NCBI GenBank assembly: GCA_951406725.2
Contig: OX597830.1
Span: 16,740,001-16,804,000, forward strand
DNA length: 64,000 nucleotides
Direction of reading: 5' to 3'
From: Octopus vulgaris
Taxonomy: Eukaryota
Below are positions 26,210 to 42,884 of the stretch, in pieces. Position 1 is the first letter of the stretch. Each line of letters starts with the position of its first letter. The position numbers and the translations under genes are program-made. The notes beneath the pieces are model-generated. The model was given only the letters and a program-made list of their open reading frames with translations, was not told the origin of the DNA and searched no databases.

Positions 26210-26267
<58 letters not shown>

Positions 26268-26345
26268 GTATTATGTATATATATATGTATATATATATAT
26301 ATATATGTATGTATTATGTATATATATATATGTATATATATATAC

Positions 26346-26422
<77 letters not shown>

Positions 26423-27399
26423 AACTACGTATAAACCACTAAACTCTTCACTTTTTCACACGAATGTACAGCTATAGAATATTACTCATACCCGCATTTT
26501 CAAATAGACATGCATGTCAGAGTGTATACCTACGTACCCGAGTGGTTATGTGGGTGGATGTATATACATATATACACATATCTTCGCAATGAATGCGCAT
26601 AAAAGGTAACATACCATATATATATTACCATATATGTGCGAAAGCGCATGGCTCAGTGGTTAGAGCGCCGAGTTCACAATCATGGAGTAGTGAGTTCGAT
26701 TCCCGGACCGGGCTGTGAGTTGTGTTCTTGAGCAAGACCCTTTATTTCACGTTACTCCAGTTCACTCAGCTGTAAAAATGAGTTGTGATGTCACTGGTGC
26801 CAAGCTATATTGGGTTTTGCCTTTCCCCTGGATGATATCGGTGGCGCGGAGAGGGAAGTCCGGTATGCATGGCGACTGCTGGTCATCCATGAACAATCTT
26901 GCTGAGACTTGTGCATCGGAGAAGAACTTTCTGGATGCAATTCAATGGTCATTCATGACCTAAGGGGGTCTTTACCGTTTATCATATATGTTTGTTTGTT
27001 GTTTGTTCCTTCTCGAGCCATGCCTGGCTCATTAGGGCCGGTTTCCCGGTTTCCTTGGCGTATAGGTTCCCCACCGGGACAGGACGCTAGTCCGTTACAG
27101 GTGAGCTGCAAGATGCAGGAGGAAACAGTGAAAGAAAGTTGTGGCGAAAGAGTCAGCAGAAGTTTTATCATTACCTTCTGCCGGAGCCGCGTGGGGCTTA
27201 GGTATTTCGCTCATAAACATACACATCGACCGGTCTGAGATTCGAACCCGCGATTCCTCAACCATGAGTCCGCTGCTCTAATCACTAGGCCATGTGCCTC
27301 CACTTACCATATATGTACACATGAGTATATGAGCGGATACATAAAAGTTAAGAAAAAAAATTAATTTATCTCCATTGATTTCGACGATGAGTATCTAAG

Positions 27400-29230
<1,831 letters not shown>

Positions 29231-29231
29231 A

Positions 29232-29654
29232 TTTACTCTTTACTCTTTTACTCTTTTACTTGTTTCAGTCATTTGACTGCGGCCATGCTGAAGCACCGCC
29301 TTTAGTCGAGCAAATCGACCCCGGGACTTATTCTTTGTAAGCGCAGTACTTATTCTATCAGTCTCTTTTGCCGAACCGCTAAGTGACGGGGACGTAAACA
29401 CACCAGCATCGGTTGTCAAGCAATGCTAGGGGGACAAACACAGACACACAAACACACACACATACATATATATATATATACATATATACGACAGGCTTCT
29501 TTCAGTTTCCGTCTACCAAAATCCACTCACAAGGCATTGGTCGACCCGGGGCTATAGCAGAAGACACTTGCCCAAGGTGCCACGCAGTGGGACTGAACCC
29601 GGAACCATGTGGTTGTTTAGCAAGCTACTTACCACACAGCCACTCCTGCGCCTA
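29232..29654 (-). mobile_element. SINE family A, full length
   Basis: Minus strand ggcgcaggagtggctgtgtggtaag through the (gtaaaaga)n tail. Further copies at about 33083-33506, 38205-38610, 42520-42683 and 50315-51493 (split). Confidence 0.92.
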
Positions 29655-32615
29655 TATTATTGAATAGATAGGAGAATTTAGTTAAAAATACAGAAGATGT
29701 TGGTACACTGTAGGGGTTACAATAAGGATAACCCTTCTGCGATTGAGACCGAACGCTTAAAACAGAATGAAGTCCGCCAAAGGTATATATGAACCAGGAT
29801 GTAGTTTTAAACCAGGTGGCATGATGTGCCTGTCACCCAAATAAAAAGAGATGGACCGTCTATGTGATCTCTCGCTCTTCCATATACTATATTAGACAAT
29901 ATTAGAGACGTAACACCAGGCATATGACGATCTACTATCAACCAACAGAGTCTCAGTAGCATGGAAAGTAATTAATTAAGTGCTGGCTCATTTATATATC
30001 TAATGTCGGGTGCCGAAACGAGCTTCCAGTTTAATCGAAATTACACACTTCATGAAAAATTAAATTTTAAAAAAAAAAACGCCACCAGTGTTAATCCCAT
30101 TTCTTCTCACGGAATAGCATTGAGAATTTTGCTTACGTAAGAAATCCTTTTCATCACTCATTCCGCAATAAATATAAATAGTGATAATGTAAACTGATTC
30201 GACAACTTACTTTTGATTTCTGGTGGGAACATTTTGCCTTATTTTGGCAAAAACAAATCACCTCGAAATGTGAACATCACATCAACACATTTTTCTCACA
30301 CCTAATATAATAGGCCAAGGGTTGTAACCCTTGGCTTATTGCAAATGGTAAATAAAAGCTGTTTGGTATTTGTTTTGATTTCTGACGGGAATACGTGAAT
30401 TGATTGTCACTTCTTTGTAATGAATGAATGTTTTATGTTAGCTATAAAAAAAGCTCAAATCTTGTTTCTGTCATTATATCGTATAGTAGTAGGCCTATAT
30501 TAATATGCATACCTCAGTCTCTGAAGCAGAAAAAAATAAACTAATGTCACTTTTATTTCACGGTTGAATGGTTACACCCAGTTGTAAAACCGGTCTCCCC
30601 ACCACCCAACAGTATAGGTTCTTTTTTGAGTCGACGCAAGCATAGCCGAGTTGGCTTTTGCTTGTGGTGTTGAGGATTCGCTAGTTTGTGGGTGGTTCAA
30701 CTAATGCCAGATAAACATTGACACAAAAGATTAAAAAGAATTACTCTAGCATGGCTTCGGAAGTGAAAGTAAATATATATGACACATATTTTATAGCCTG
30801 CATCATGGCGTAGCTTGAGAATTTCCGGTGAATTAAACCCGATTTAACCACGTGGCCTTTTGAGATACCTTTAGCAGAGTCCACTCTGAAGCAAGCAAGC
30901 ATTTAGACTTGGGGTTTAATCAGATGATAACTTGATATCTTGAAGTACTTTTTCCTACTGCAGCAAGCTAAGAGTCGTGTTTTTTTTCTCTTCTTTTCTT
31001 TATTTTTTTTTTGTTTTTTGGTCTTTCTCGTTTCTCCTGCGAGTCTTCGAGGCACCACAAAGGTCATAGATGCACAACTTTTCTCTCCTCTTTTGATCAG
31101 GACATAAAAGATACTACATAACTCATTTCTCCCACCACCACTCACTGATACCAATAACACTCTCACGTGTTGACAAATACTTCAGAGACACCAAAGTATC
31201 GACTCCTATTTATCCCACCAGCCATTTTTCAAAAGGTGTTTCCTCACCACCCAACGCCCCACACCCACACCTCACACCACACCAACCGTTTCTTCTCATA
31301 ATAACGAATTACTGCACCAAACCCGATTAACTTCCTGGTGGGTTTCAGGTGTATAAATCATTAAATATCAACGTTTAGTCTTAAATCGAATCATAGATTG
31401 CCAACATCCAATCGATTGAAAAATCGAAGCAATCAAGTTTCTTACTTTAAAATGGTTATTCGGTATAATAGAATCAAGTCCACAGGCAAGCCAGTTTGTA
31501 ACACTCTGCAAGCATTTTATTGAAACAAGACAAGATAATGTCACAAAATTAACCAATCGAAGGGCGTTAATCTCTTTTAATTAACATTTGTTTCTATTCA
31601 GTTTTAATCCTAATTACATCATAGTTTACATATATTTTGTTAAATTGTAACTGCAATCCCAACATGTTATGTGAAATTTTAATTCTATTTTCTTGATATA
31701 TTAACATTTTGAAACGATAAAAAAAAATAAAATCAGATCAACAATGATATATCAAAAACAAACGGGTAGTAGAATCGATAATCTTTTTATTTAAACTTCA
31801 ATGTTTTCTATCTCACAAAATATCATTTCTGTTATATATATAAAGCGTCGGATTTTTAAAATTAATTTACGCAAGGAAACACTGTATTTTATTTGTAACA
31901 GAATAATGTTTTGAATCCGAGTTAACTCAGCCTCGTTTGAAGTTTTGTTTTTTTCTAATATTGATTTAATGGAAACTACATTTGGGCAAAAATGTTTACC
32001 TTTAGATGTCTTCTTTGCTATCGCATTATAACTGCAGAATCGTCTCGCTTTTCCATTCTCTCTCTCTCTTACTCTCTCTCTCTCTTTTCCATTCTCTTTC
32101 TTTTATATAATAAATATAGGAGGTGTATGATATATATTGCATATATATTATGTAACTACATTATTATGTATGTGTATAAATATATATGTATGTGTGTATA
32201 TATGTATATGTGTGTCTCTGTGTATATATATATATATATATATGCTTGTGTATCTGTTTGTGCATATATATACATATAGCATATACATACAAACCAATAC
32301 AAATGTGCTTGCGTACGTATGTACATATGTATGCGGATGTATGCGTGTGAGTATGTGTGTGTGTGTATGTATGTATGTATGTATGTATGTATGTATGTAT
32401 TGTGTGTGTATGCATGGTATGTATATAAATATATATATAGAGATATAGATATAGATACATCTATACACACACACAGACACACACGCACACACACACACAC
32501 AGAGAGGTTGAGAGTGGGGAAGAGCTATAAGGAAACGCGTGATTTTGCAAGACACATTTTTAGTCATAAGTTTACACATATCTATTTATCCAAAATGCCC
32601 CAGTTTTCTGACCAC

Positions 32616-32675
<60 letters not shown>

Positions 32676-33027
32676 CAGACAAACGGAGACAGACAGACAG
32701 ACAAATAGACAGAGACAGAGACAGAGAGAGACATGGGTGTTAAGCACAACATCTACTTTGCACAACGAAACTTAAAATGTCTGTTTACTAAAAACACACG
32801 CCGTCGGTTTACCTTACTGTTCTGTTTATCCAAAACGCTGCGTATTGGTTTTACATATAAGCTCAAACATACATACATACATATATACATTTATACATCC
32901 AGCACGTATACATACACACGCACACACAAGTATACACTCACACTTTATTAATGCATATTGCAGTAAGTGTGCGAGTATTGACACAGAAGTAGACGAACAA
33001 ATAAACATAAATCTTCATTCATATACT

Positions 33028-33085
<58 letters not shown>

Positions 33086-33292
33086 CGAAGGAGTGGATGT
33101 GTGTAAGTAGCTTGCTTACCAACCACATGGTTCTGGGTTCAGTCCCACTGCGTGGCACCTTGGGCAAGTGTCTTCTACTATAGCCTCGGGCTGACCAAAG
33201 CCTTGTGAGTGGATTTGGTAGAGAGAAACTGAAAGAAGACCGTCGTATATATGTATATATATATATATATATATGCGTATGTATGTGTGTGT

Positions 33293-33361
<69 letters not shown>

Positions 33362-33556
33362 TCCCCCATCCCAACATCGCTTGACAACCGATGCTGGTGT
33401 GCTTACGTCTAGGATTACAAAGAATAGGTCCTTGGGTTGATTTGCTCGACTAAAGGCGGTGCTCCAGCATGGCCGCAGTCAAATGACTGAAAGAAGTAAA
33501 AGAGTATGTATGTATGTATGTATGTATGTATGTATGTACGTATGTATGTATGTATG

Positions 33557-33748
33557 TAATTGAGGAAGGAAACAGAAATATAGACTTAGCACTAGTCCTT
33601 ATTCAGTAGAACAATTGTTTCGACCTATCCTGCCACTGTCTGTTATGGGTAGGATTTTGTGCATAACAGACAGTTGCAGGATGAGTCGAAACGATCGTCG
33701 GAATGAACAAAGACTTGTGCTAAATCTATCTTCCGTCTCTTTCAATTA
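33557..33748. repeat. Imperfect ~190-bp palindrome with hammerhead 3' halves on both strands
   Basis: Arms pair along their length. + strand GAA ACGATCGT C (33688-33699); - strand GAA ACAATTGT T (33621-33610). Confidence 0.75.
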
Positions 33749-34081
33749 TTTTGGTCCTATCTCTCAAAACTAGGGCTGAATTAAGATCCATAGATGCCCT
33801 AAGCACTTTAAAGATTTTGCTGCCCCCGTATAATGTATAATTCAAAATAAATAATAAACCATTAAATAAATTTTTATTTTTCAAAATGAGACAAAGATGG
33901 AAAGTAATGTTTATTTCCTATACTTATTTCTTTATTGCCCACAAGGAGCTAAACACAGAGGGGACAAACAAAGACAGAAAAAGGGATTAAGTAGATTACA
34001 TCGACTCCAGTACATAACTGGTACTTAATTTATCGACCTCGAAAGTTTGAAAGACAAAGTTGACCTCGGCGGAATTTAAAC

Positions 34082-34524
34082 GGATTTTTTCGGTTTGAAC
34101 GGCAGTTTTTAAAATAATTTCCACGTAACTAAACACTTTTAAACTTCGTATACTGGTAGAATGTGTTTATAAAACATCTTTTTCTCTCGGCTTTATTGAG
34201 AAAATTCTATAGTTTGTAAGATATTTGTTGTTTTTTCTTCTTCAATTTCTGCAATTTCAACCAATCAATGACGTCTATTGAGGTAAAAAAACATTCTGTG
34301 CCGTATGAATATGTCCCTTGTTTAAGAAACAGATTGGGTTTATTTACATTTCTGAAGAAAAAAGATACTCTCCCCCCCCCCACCCCTAACCCTAACTAAC
34401 CCTAACTAACTCTAACCCTAAAATAGAGATTGAAATGCAATAGATCGATACTAGGGTCATAATTATGGGTGACAATTTCATATGACACCGCTAGAAAAAA
34501 CTGCCGTTCAAACCGAAAAGATCC
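34082..34524 (-). mobile_element. MITE with ~29-bp TIRs, 8-bp TSD and internal telomeric-type repeats (Merlin-like), copy 1
   Basis: TIR GGAT(C/T)TTTTCGGTTTGAACGGCAGTTTTT. TSD ATTTAAAC on both sides. Inserted in a SINE B. Confidence 0.9.
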
Positions 34525-35113
34525 ATTTAAACTCACAACGTAACGGCAGAAGAAATACTGCTAAGTATTTCGCCCGGCGTGCTAACGATTCTGCTAGTTC
34601 ACCACCTTGTTTATTTTCTATACTTCAATTTTATTTATATTCGAAAAGTTTTAACCTACTCTTTTTAATTGTAAAGACTTTGATCAGATCCTCTCTATGT
34701 TACCATGAACACTTCGAAATTACATTTCTGCATCCATTTTCTTTTTTTTTTGTGTGTGAAAAATTCCCATACGTCGAAACTAAAATTAACGCTTGAAACT
34801 TGCTTTTGTTAAAATAAAACCGAGTTGTCTTATTTGGCAAGTTGAGATAATGGATATGAAAAACTAGCATTTCAAATGGAAGTTCTTGCGGAAGGCGTTC
34901 TATATAATCTGTCGCTTTTATGTGCTGATGTATACGGTTATTGTTGGCTAATGGGAAATTAGGTGAAGATGAAACTAAGTCTTCCGATATTTAGTTTAGA
35001 TAAAAGAAAGGATGATCCAGCGAGAGAGCTTCCACATGGTCGCTCGACTTCTCAGAAATGGTGACCAAATTTCCCTCAAATCACACCTATCCTTTTCTTT
35101 AATGCTAGGCTAC

Positions 35114-35398
35114 GTTAATGATTATAGCTCTGGATATAATATGTTAGACAAACAGTTAATGATTGTAGCTCTGGATATATGTTAGACAAACAGTTAACGA
35201 TTGTAGCTCTGGATATAGTATGTTAGACAAACAGTTAATGATTGTAGCTCTGGATATATGTTAGACAAACAGTTAACGATTGTAGCTCTGGATATAGTAT
35301 GTTAGACAAACAGTTAATGATTGTAGCTCTGGATATAGTATGTTTGACAAACAGTTAATTATTGTAGCTCTGGATATAGTATGTTAGACAAACAGTTA
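35114..35398. repeat. 38/41-bp minisatellite, 7 copies
   Basis: Unit gttaatgattgtagctctggatata(gta)tgttagacaaaca, contiguous, no spacers. Confidence 0.97.
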
Positions 35399-36861
35399 GG
35401 TTAATGTAGTATATATCTTTCGTTTACAAAAAGAAAGGGGGAAAAAAAAAGAAACGGATGGTATGTTTATGATTGTAACGCCCTTAATCATAGATCAGCC
35501 CGATTAATATGAAACTTGGGACTAAGCGAAAACAAATACTCATATTCGGAGTGTGCAAATTGCGATGCTAAACACACCTCGAATAAAAAGAAGAGAAAGA
35601 AAAACAATTGTATAAATACGATTTAATCATTTTATTTGCTGCACTTATTTTGGTATTTTTGATATAGATACAAAGGGGGTCGGTCTCGTACAGTGTTTCT
35701 CAATTTAACAAATACCAGGATCCCGACCCCACACTCTCACAACTGAAATTGTTTGGCCTACCCCTCCTCATTAATAATGAGGCGACAATATAGTTAGCGT
35801 TCATATGTTTCTTCGTTCGCTACGGTGTTTATTTTATCAAACATGGCAGTTTGATTGCTGCCTACTTTTCAACTTCACAGACACCTGACTACTTGTGAGA
35901 AACATTGATCTAATCGATTAAATCGACCTTACTAGTTGCCTAAACATGGTTATTAATTCGAAAATTAATAAATTTATTATAAGTAAACTACTACAACAGT
36001 TAGTACTGTGAGATCGTCTGCTGTATTAAAACAGCAGACGATCTCAATTGTCACTTCCCTCTTTGATTTCTCATACAGGCCTCTGCTAGAAATAGCAGCC
36101 AACTCTACCTGAAATCACCTCTACTCTCTTTTATAAGAACAAACAAAAGACTAACTGGATGATGTGATTCTCGATATATCTAGTAGGGAAAAGACTTGTC
36201 AGTCATGGTTGGGATGTCTTTTTAATCAGGCCAACTAAATCAGGGTCGACTTGTTGCTAAACAACAACGAAGAAGCCTCTATGCAGTGCTCACCCGGCTA
36301 GAAATAGCAACTAGATCTTCTTCATATTACGTGCTACAGCATGGTAGGAAACCTGGGGCCTTTGAAGCCCTTAAGTTTGGCTGTATAGAAGAAGTCTGGG
36401 TTTTACATTAAAAAACACACATTTCTGTTGTTTATATAGTATTAGATTTATTCAAATATTAAATTTTTTTTTTCAAAAAAGGTCATTAAAAGGTCACTCA
36501 ACATGTTTTTTTTAAACTTTAATATCTATAATTACATTTTCACAATATAAGTAATTATATTTACCCGTATATCTAATAAAAATATTTTTTAATGCCGCCA
36601 TATTAGATTACATTTAATTCAATGCTACTTCAAATATAAAAGGTTCTCGCTCCTGCGTTAACGTCTTTAGAAAATGAAGTATAAAAACATATTGGCTTAT
36701 ATAATTATAGATACCTTGAAGAAAAAGACAGCTGGAAAACGGTTGATTATAGTTCTGCTCAATCAAAGCTGTACTGAGGCATGAAGTCGAGCAGTTAGAA
36801 CATGGTCAGCACCTACTGTGGTCCAGACAGAGGAGAGGAACAAGACTCGTGAAAAAAGAAA

Positions 36862-37330
36862 GGATCTTTTCGGTTTGAACGGCAGTTTTTTCTAGCGGTG
36901 TCATATGAAATTGTCACCCATAATTATGACCTTAGTATCGATCTATTGCATTTCAATCTCTTTTAGGGTTATGGTTAGTTAGGGTTAGTTAGGGTCACTT
37001 AGGGTTAGTTAAGGTTAGGGTTAAGATTAGGGGTGGGGGGAAGGGTATATTTTTTTTTCAGTAATGAAAATAAACCCAATCTGTTTCTTAAACGAAGGAA
37101 TATTCATACGGCACAGAATGTTTTTTACCTCAATAGACGTCACTGATTGGTTGAAATTGCAGAAATTGAAGAAGAAAAAACAACAAATATCTTACAAAGT
37201 ATAGAATTTTCTCAATAAAGCCAAGAGAAAAAGATGTTTTATAAACACATTCTACCAGTATACGAAGTTTAAAATTTTTTTAGTTACCTAGAAATTATGT
37301 TAAAAACTGTCGTTCAAACCGAAAAGATCC
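36862..37330 (+). mobile_element. Merlin-like MITE, copy 2
   Basis: Same TIRs. Expanded ttagggttag tract. TSD degenerate (aaaagaaa/gaaggaaa). Confidence 0.9.
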
Positions 37331-37459
37331 GAAGGAAATCGAGAGGCCAACAGAAGTGGCATTTTGCGTCACATAAAGGCCAGCGGTGAACAAGAAACAT
37401 TTTGGCAAGCTGAAGGTTGCTGCTGTTTATTTAACTTAATTGTTGCAAGGGCAGCGGAT

Positions 37460-37762
37460 CAGAGGCGTAGCCAGGTTCTAAAGTTAGGAGGAGCGACCAC
37501 ATATAAAAAAGGCACTGTGACACTCAGTAACTAATGTTAAATTCATTTCTCTCATGTTACACGAAATACCTCATTAATTATAATATACGTAATTGTTATT
37601 CTACATTCATTAATTTCATGTTTCATTAACAATGACATTGTGTACAATTACTAATATAGGCAACTAAAGAGTTAAAAAGCATTGTTGAAAAGGCTCCGAG
37701 TTTGAAAAATGTGCTCGTGGGGGAGAGGTCACTACTCTTGCTCCCTATTAGCTACGCCACTG
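37460..37762. mobile_element. hAT-like MITE inserted in a SINE B head
   Basis: Termini CAGAGGCGTAGC / GCTACGCCACTG. Partial TSD (..cggat on both sides). Confidence 0.6.
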
Positions 37763-38923
37763 TGCCGGATTGGCAGAATCGCTACAGAGTCGAACAAAAT
37801 GCTTTGCAGTAATTATTCCAGTCATTTTAGATTCTGAGATCAAATCCTGATGAGGTCATCTTTACTTTACATCTTTCCAGAATAGATAGAATAAAGTAGC
37901 AGTCAGGTACTGGGGTCGATATAATCAACTATGCCCCTATCCTGCCGATGTCTTGGTCTTGTGCCTTCGTTAAGGATTGCTTGTTTTAGCTGTTGTTGCT
38001 GACTTGTTCCAGATGAGCACTGAACGAAACAGGCCTATAATCAAAGATGTTCTCACCATAAATATGCGCGCAGGCGTACACAGTGTGGTTAAGAAGCTCG
38101 CTTCGCAACCAATTGGTTTCGAGTTCAGTTCCACTGCACGGCACCTTGGGTAAATTTATTCTACTATGACCCCGGACCAACCAGTGCCTTGTGAGGGAAT
38201 TTAGCAGACGTAGGAGTGGCTGTGTGGTAAGAAGCTTGCTTACCAACCACATGGTTCCGGGTTCAGTCCCACTGTGTGGCACTATGGGCAAGTGTCTTCT
38301 ACTATAGCCTAGGGCCGACCAAAGCCTTGTGAGTGGATTTGGTAGACGGAAACTGAAAGAAGCCCGTCGTATATATGTATATGTATGTATGTGTGTGTGT
38401 ATATGTTTGTGTGCCTGTGTTTGTCCCCCCCCCAACATCGCATGACAGCCGATGCTGATGTGTTTACGTTCCCGTTACTTAGCGGTTCGGCATAAGAGAC
38501 CGATAGAATAAGTACGAGGCATACAAAGAATAAGTCCTGGGGGTCGATTTGCTCGACTGAAAGCAATGCTCCAGCATGGCCACAGTCAAATGACTGAAAC
38601 AAAGTAAAAGCGAGACGTAAACTCTGTGTGTGAGTGTACATACATACATACATACATACATACATACATACATACATACATACATACATACATACATGCC
38701 GTTTAACAACCGATATAGGCTTGTTTATGTCCCCGTAACTTAGCGGTTCGGCAAAAGAGAAAATACAATAAGTACCAGACTTTAATAAATAAGTACTGGG
38801 ATTAATTTGTTCGACTAAACCTTTCACGGCGATGCCCCAGCATGGCCGCAGTTCGAATGACTGAAACAAATAAAAGATAAAAGATAAAAGGATATATTTC
38901 CCAATGTGTTAGTGAGATTTGGC

Positions 38924-39352
38924 GGATCTTTTCGGTTTGACCGGCAGTTTTTTAAAATAATTTCCACGTAACTAAAAAATTTTAAACTTCGTATACTGGT
39001 AGAATGTGTTTATAAAACATCTTTTTCTTTTGGCTTTATTGAGAAAATTCTATAGTTTGTAATATATTTGTGTTTTTTTTCTTCAATTTCTGCAATTTCA
39101 ACCAATCAATGACGGCTATTGAGGTAAAAAAAACATTCTGTGCCGTATGAATATGTTCCTCGTTTAAGAAACAGATTGGGTTTATTTACATTTCTGAAGA
39201 AAAAAATATACCTTTCCCCCTAACCCTAACCCTAACTAACCCTAACCCTAAAACAGATTGAAATGCAATAGATCGATACTAGGGTCATAATTATGGGTGA
39301 CAATTTCATATGACACCGCTAGAAAAAACTGCCGTTCAAACCGAAAAGATCC
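38924..39352 (-). mobile_element. Merlin-like MITE, copy 3
   Basis: Same TIRs. Perfect TSD GATTTGGC. Confidence 0.92.
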
Positions 39353-39906
39353 GATTTGGCTACTATTTCTAGCATCTCAATTTTATTTTAATGTTATGAT
39401 AAAAAAAAATTGTCTGAAGCAGTTAGCCATTTCGTTTGGAATTTTTTTTCTTTCATATTTGCTGCGCTATTTATAGAAATATGATATTTTTTGGTAAGAA
39501 ATGCTGCTCCGTATTTTTTACCTTGCATAATTTAGTGTACACTGTCTTTTGGTATGTATTGGTACTCTACCGAAAAACATTACGTTTAAAATGAAAGCCA
39601 AAAGTAATAGTGAAACATTACAAATAACCGATATATTAATTTAGTTGTAAACACATTTCATGGCCGTTCTATTGTTATAAACAACATTTGCTTGAAATTA
39701 CAAAACAACCCGATGCAAATCGATTGGAAAATCTTTGAAGATATTTATATAAAACGAGCCGTCGAAATGAGCTTATTGTAAATATGTAGAATTTCGGCCA
39801 AACATGTGTCCTTGCGGTTGTGTGTGTGTGTGCGTGTGTGTGTGCGTGTGACAGTGTGAGTGTGTGTGTGTGCGTGTGTGTGTGTGTGTGACAGTGTGTG
39901 TGTGTG

Positions 39907-39950
<44 letters not shown>

Positions 39951-40464
39951 TGTTAGTGTGTGTGTGTGTTAGTGTGTGTGTGTATGTATGTGCGAGTGTG
40001 TGTGTGTGTGTTACTGTTTCTGTGTGTGTGTGTTACTGTTTCTGTGTGTGTGTGCGAGTGACTGTGTATGTGTGTGTGTGTTAGTGTGAGTGAGTGTGTT
40101 TGTGTGTGTGTGAGTGACTGTTTCTCTGTGTGTATGTGTGTGCGGTTGACAGAGTGTGTGTGTGTATATGTACGTGTGTGTGAGCAACTGAGTGTGTGTA
40201 TTTATGAGCGAGTGATGGAGCTTGGGTGTGCGTATATGTGTTTGTATGTGAGTGTGTGTTTATATTCGTTTGTGTGTGTGTGTGTATGCGTTTGTGTGTG
40301 TGTGTGTGTATGTGTGTGTGTGTGTGTGGTTTTCTTATTTTCCGGCTATTGGTTTTGATTTCACGCTTCTTCTAATAGTTGTCTGTTGGTTGAAGCTTGG
40401 AAGTCTTCACCCTTTGTTGTCATGGAAGGACGACGCTTGACGAGAAGAATCAGTGGAGCAACTA

Positions 40465-40870
40465 CACACCATCACCACCACTACACATACCACCACCACC
40501 ACCACCACCACCATCACCACCACCAACAGCAACAACAACAACATACACCACCTCACACGCTTACACCACCACCATCACAACTCACCACTACCACTACCGC
40601 CTTCATCCCACCATCACCATAAACCAACGCCACTCCTCTCCACAAACACCACTACACACCATCACCTACCCACCCCCTGTCACACTTCACGACCATCAAC
40701 AGTAACAGCAACATCACACACCTCCAGTACACATCTCCAGCAAACGCATATACCACCACCACCACCACCACCATCACCACCACCACCACCACCACTACCA
40801 CCACCACCATCACCACTACCACAAGACACACCGCCATCATTACCGCCATCATCACACCATCACCTCACAC
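40465..40870. repeat. Degenerate (CAC)n low-complexity tract
   Basis: Direct observation. Explains the poly-H/P/T ORFs. Confidence 0.9.
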
Positions 40871-41315
40871 CTATTTCTTTACTACCCACAAGGGGCTACA
40901 CACAGAGAGGACGAACAAGGACAGACAAACGGATTAAGTCGATTATATCGACTCCAGTGCGTAACTGGTACTTATTTAATCGACTCCGAAAGGATGACAG
41001 GCAAAGTTGACCTCGGCGGAATTTGAACTCAGAACGTTGCGGCAGATGAAATACCGCCAAGCATTTCGCCTAGTTTGCTAACGATTCTGCCAGCTCGCCG
41101 CCTTGTAGGCAAAGTCGACCTCGGCGGAATTTGAACTCACAACGTCACCACCACCACCACCATCATCACCATCACCACTACCACAACAGACACCGCCGTC
41201 ATTACGGCCATCATCACACCATCACCTTACACCTCCACACACCACTACCACCTCACACCAACACGCACCACCACTTCGTACCTACAGACCACATACGTAC
41301 ACACACACACACACA

Positions 41316-41364
<49 letters not shown>

Positions 41365-41867
41365 AAACATTCTTATGTTGACATCAACAAAAATGTTTTT
41401 AAGAAAGAAACAACGAAATGAAGCAACCAAATAACTCAACAACAAAACCGACAGGGTTCCTCGTACCTACCCTCGTTACACATTTCCCCCCACCACAAAA
41501 AAAAAGTCATTCACATGTCCTTGTTAAGTCGCATGGCTCAGTGGCTATTAGAAGCGTGTTGGCTTCTTGAGCAAGACACTTTATTTCACGTAACTTCAGT
41601 CCATTCAGCTGTCGAAATGAGTTGCGTCGCCACTGGTGCCAAGCGTTTGCCTTTCCCTTCGATAACATCGGCGGCGTGGACAGGAGAGGCTGGTCTGCAT
41701 GGGTGACTGTTGGTCTTCTACAAACAACCGTGCCAGGACTTGTGTCTCAAAAGGGAACATTCTAGGTGTAATCCCATGGTCATTCATGACCGAAGGAGAC
41801 CTTTACTCCTTTACTTCTTTGTTAAGGAGTTTTAAACTCTCTCCGGTGTTACTATTAAATTATTCTG

Positions 41868-42294
41868 GGATCTTTTCGGTTTGAACGGCAGTTTTTTAAA
41901 ATTATTTCCACGTAACTAAACACTTTTAAACTTCGTATACTGGTAGAATGTGTTTATAAAACATCTTTTTCTCTTGGCTTTATTGAGAAAATTCTATAGC
42001 TTGTAAGATATTTGTTGTTTTTTTTTCTTCAATTTCTGCAATTTCAACCAATCACTGACGTCCATTGAGGTAAAAAAAACATTCTGTGCCGTATGAACAT
42101 ATCCCGCATTTAACAGATTGGGTTTATTTACATTTGTGAAGAAAAAAAGATACCCTTCCCCCCACCCCTAACCCTAACTAATCCTAACCCCAAAACAGAT
42201 TCAAAAGCAATAGATCGATACTAGGGTCATAATTATGGGTGACAATTTCATATGACACCGCTAGAAAAAACTGCCGTTCAAACCGAAAAGATCC
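41868..42294 (-). mobile_element. Merlin-like MITE, copy 4
   Basis: Same TIRs. Perfect TSD TTATTCTG. Confidence 0.92.
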
Positions 42295-42486
42295 TTATTC
42301 TGCATTCATCAATTTGCTCTTCTGAATATAAAATTATTTACATTAGATGTAGCCCAGTGTTCCTCAATCATTTTTCTACCTTGGGACCTCTCTGATTCCT
42401 ATTTCACTTGGATGGACTCTCAAAACTATTTGCTGTTTAAAATCTATTATATTTTTGTAATTAAATATTTATAGGTGCAGGAGTGG

Positions 42487-42520
<34 letters not shown>

Positions 42521-42806
42521 GATGGGCTTCTTTCAGTTTCCGTCTCCCAAATCCACTCACAAGGCTTTGGTCAGCCCGAGGCTGTAGTAGAAGACACTTA
42601 CCCAAGGTGCCACGCAGTGGGACTGAACCCGCGACCATGTGGTTGGTAAGCAAGCTACTTACCACACAGCCACTCCTGCGCCTAAAAATACGTATATTTA
42701 TATGCATACGTGTATAACCGCCTGAAAGGCTGTGTTTCTGCCGATACATACGTACACATATATATACAAACATACATTTATACTTGCATACATATATGCA
42801 TATTCA

Positions 42807-42884
<78 letters not shown>

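Noticed and set aside
35114-35398. Regular ~40-bp repeats resembling a CRISPR array
   Set aside because: The units are contiguous with no unique spacers, there are no cas genes, and the context is eukaryotic.
36960-37040. TTAGGG runs as a telomere or chromosome-fusion scar
   Set aside because: They are short, degenerate and always inside the same TIR-bounded MITE.
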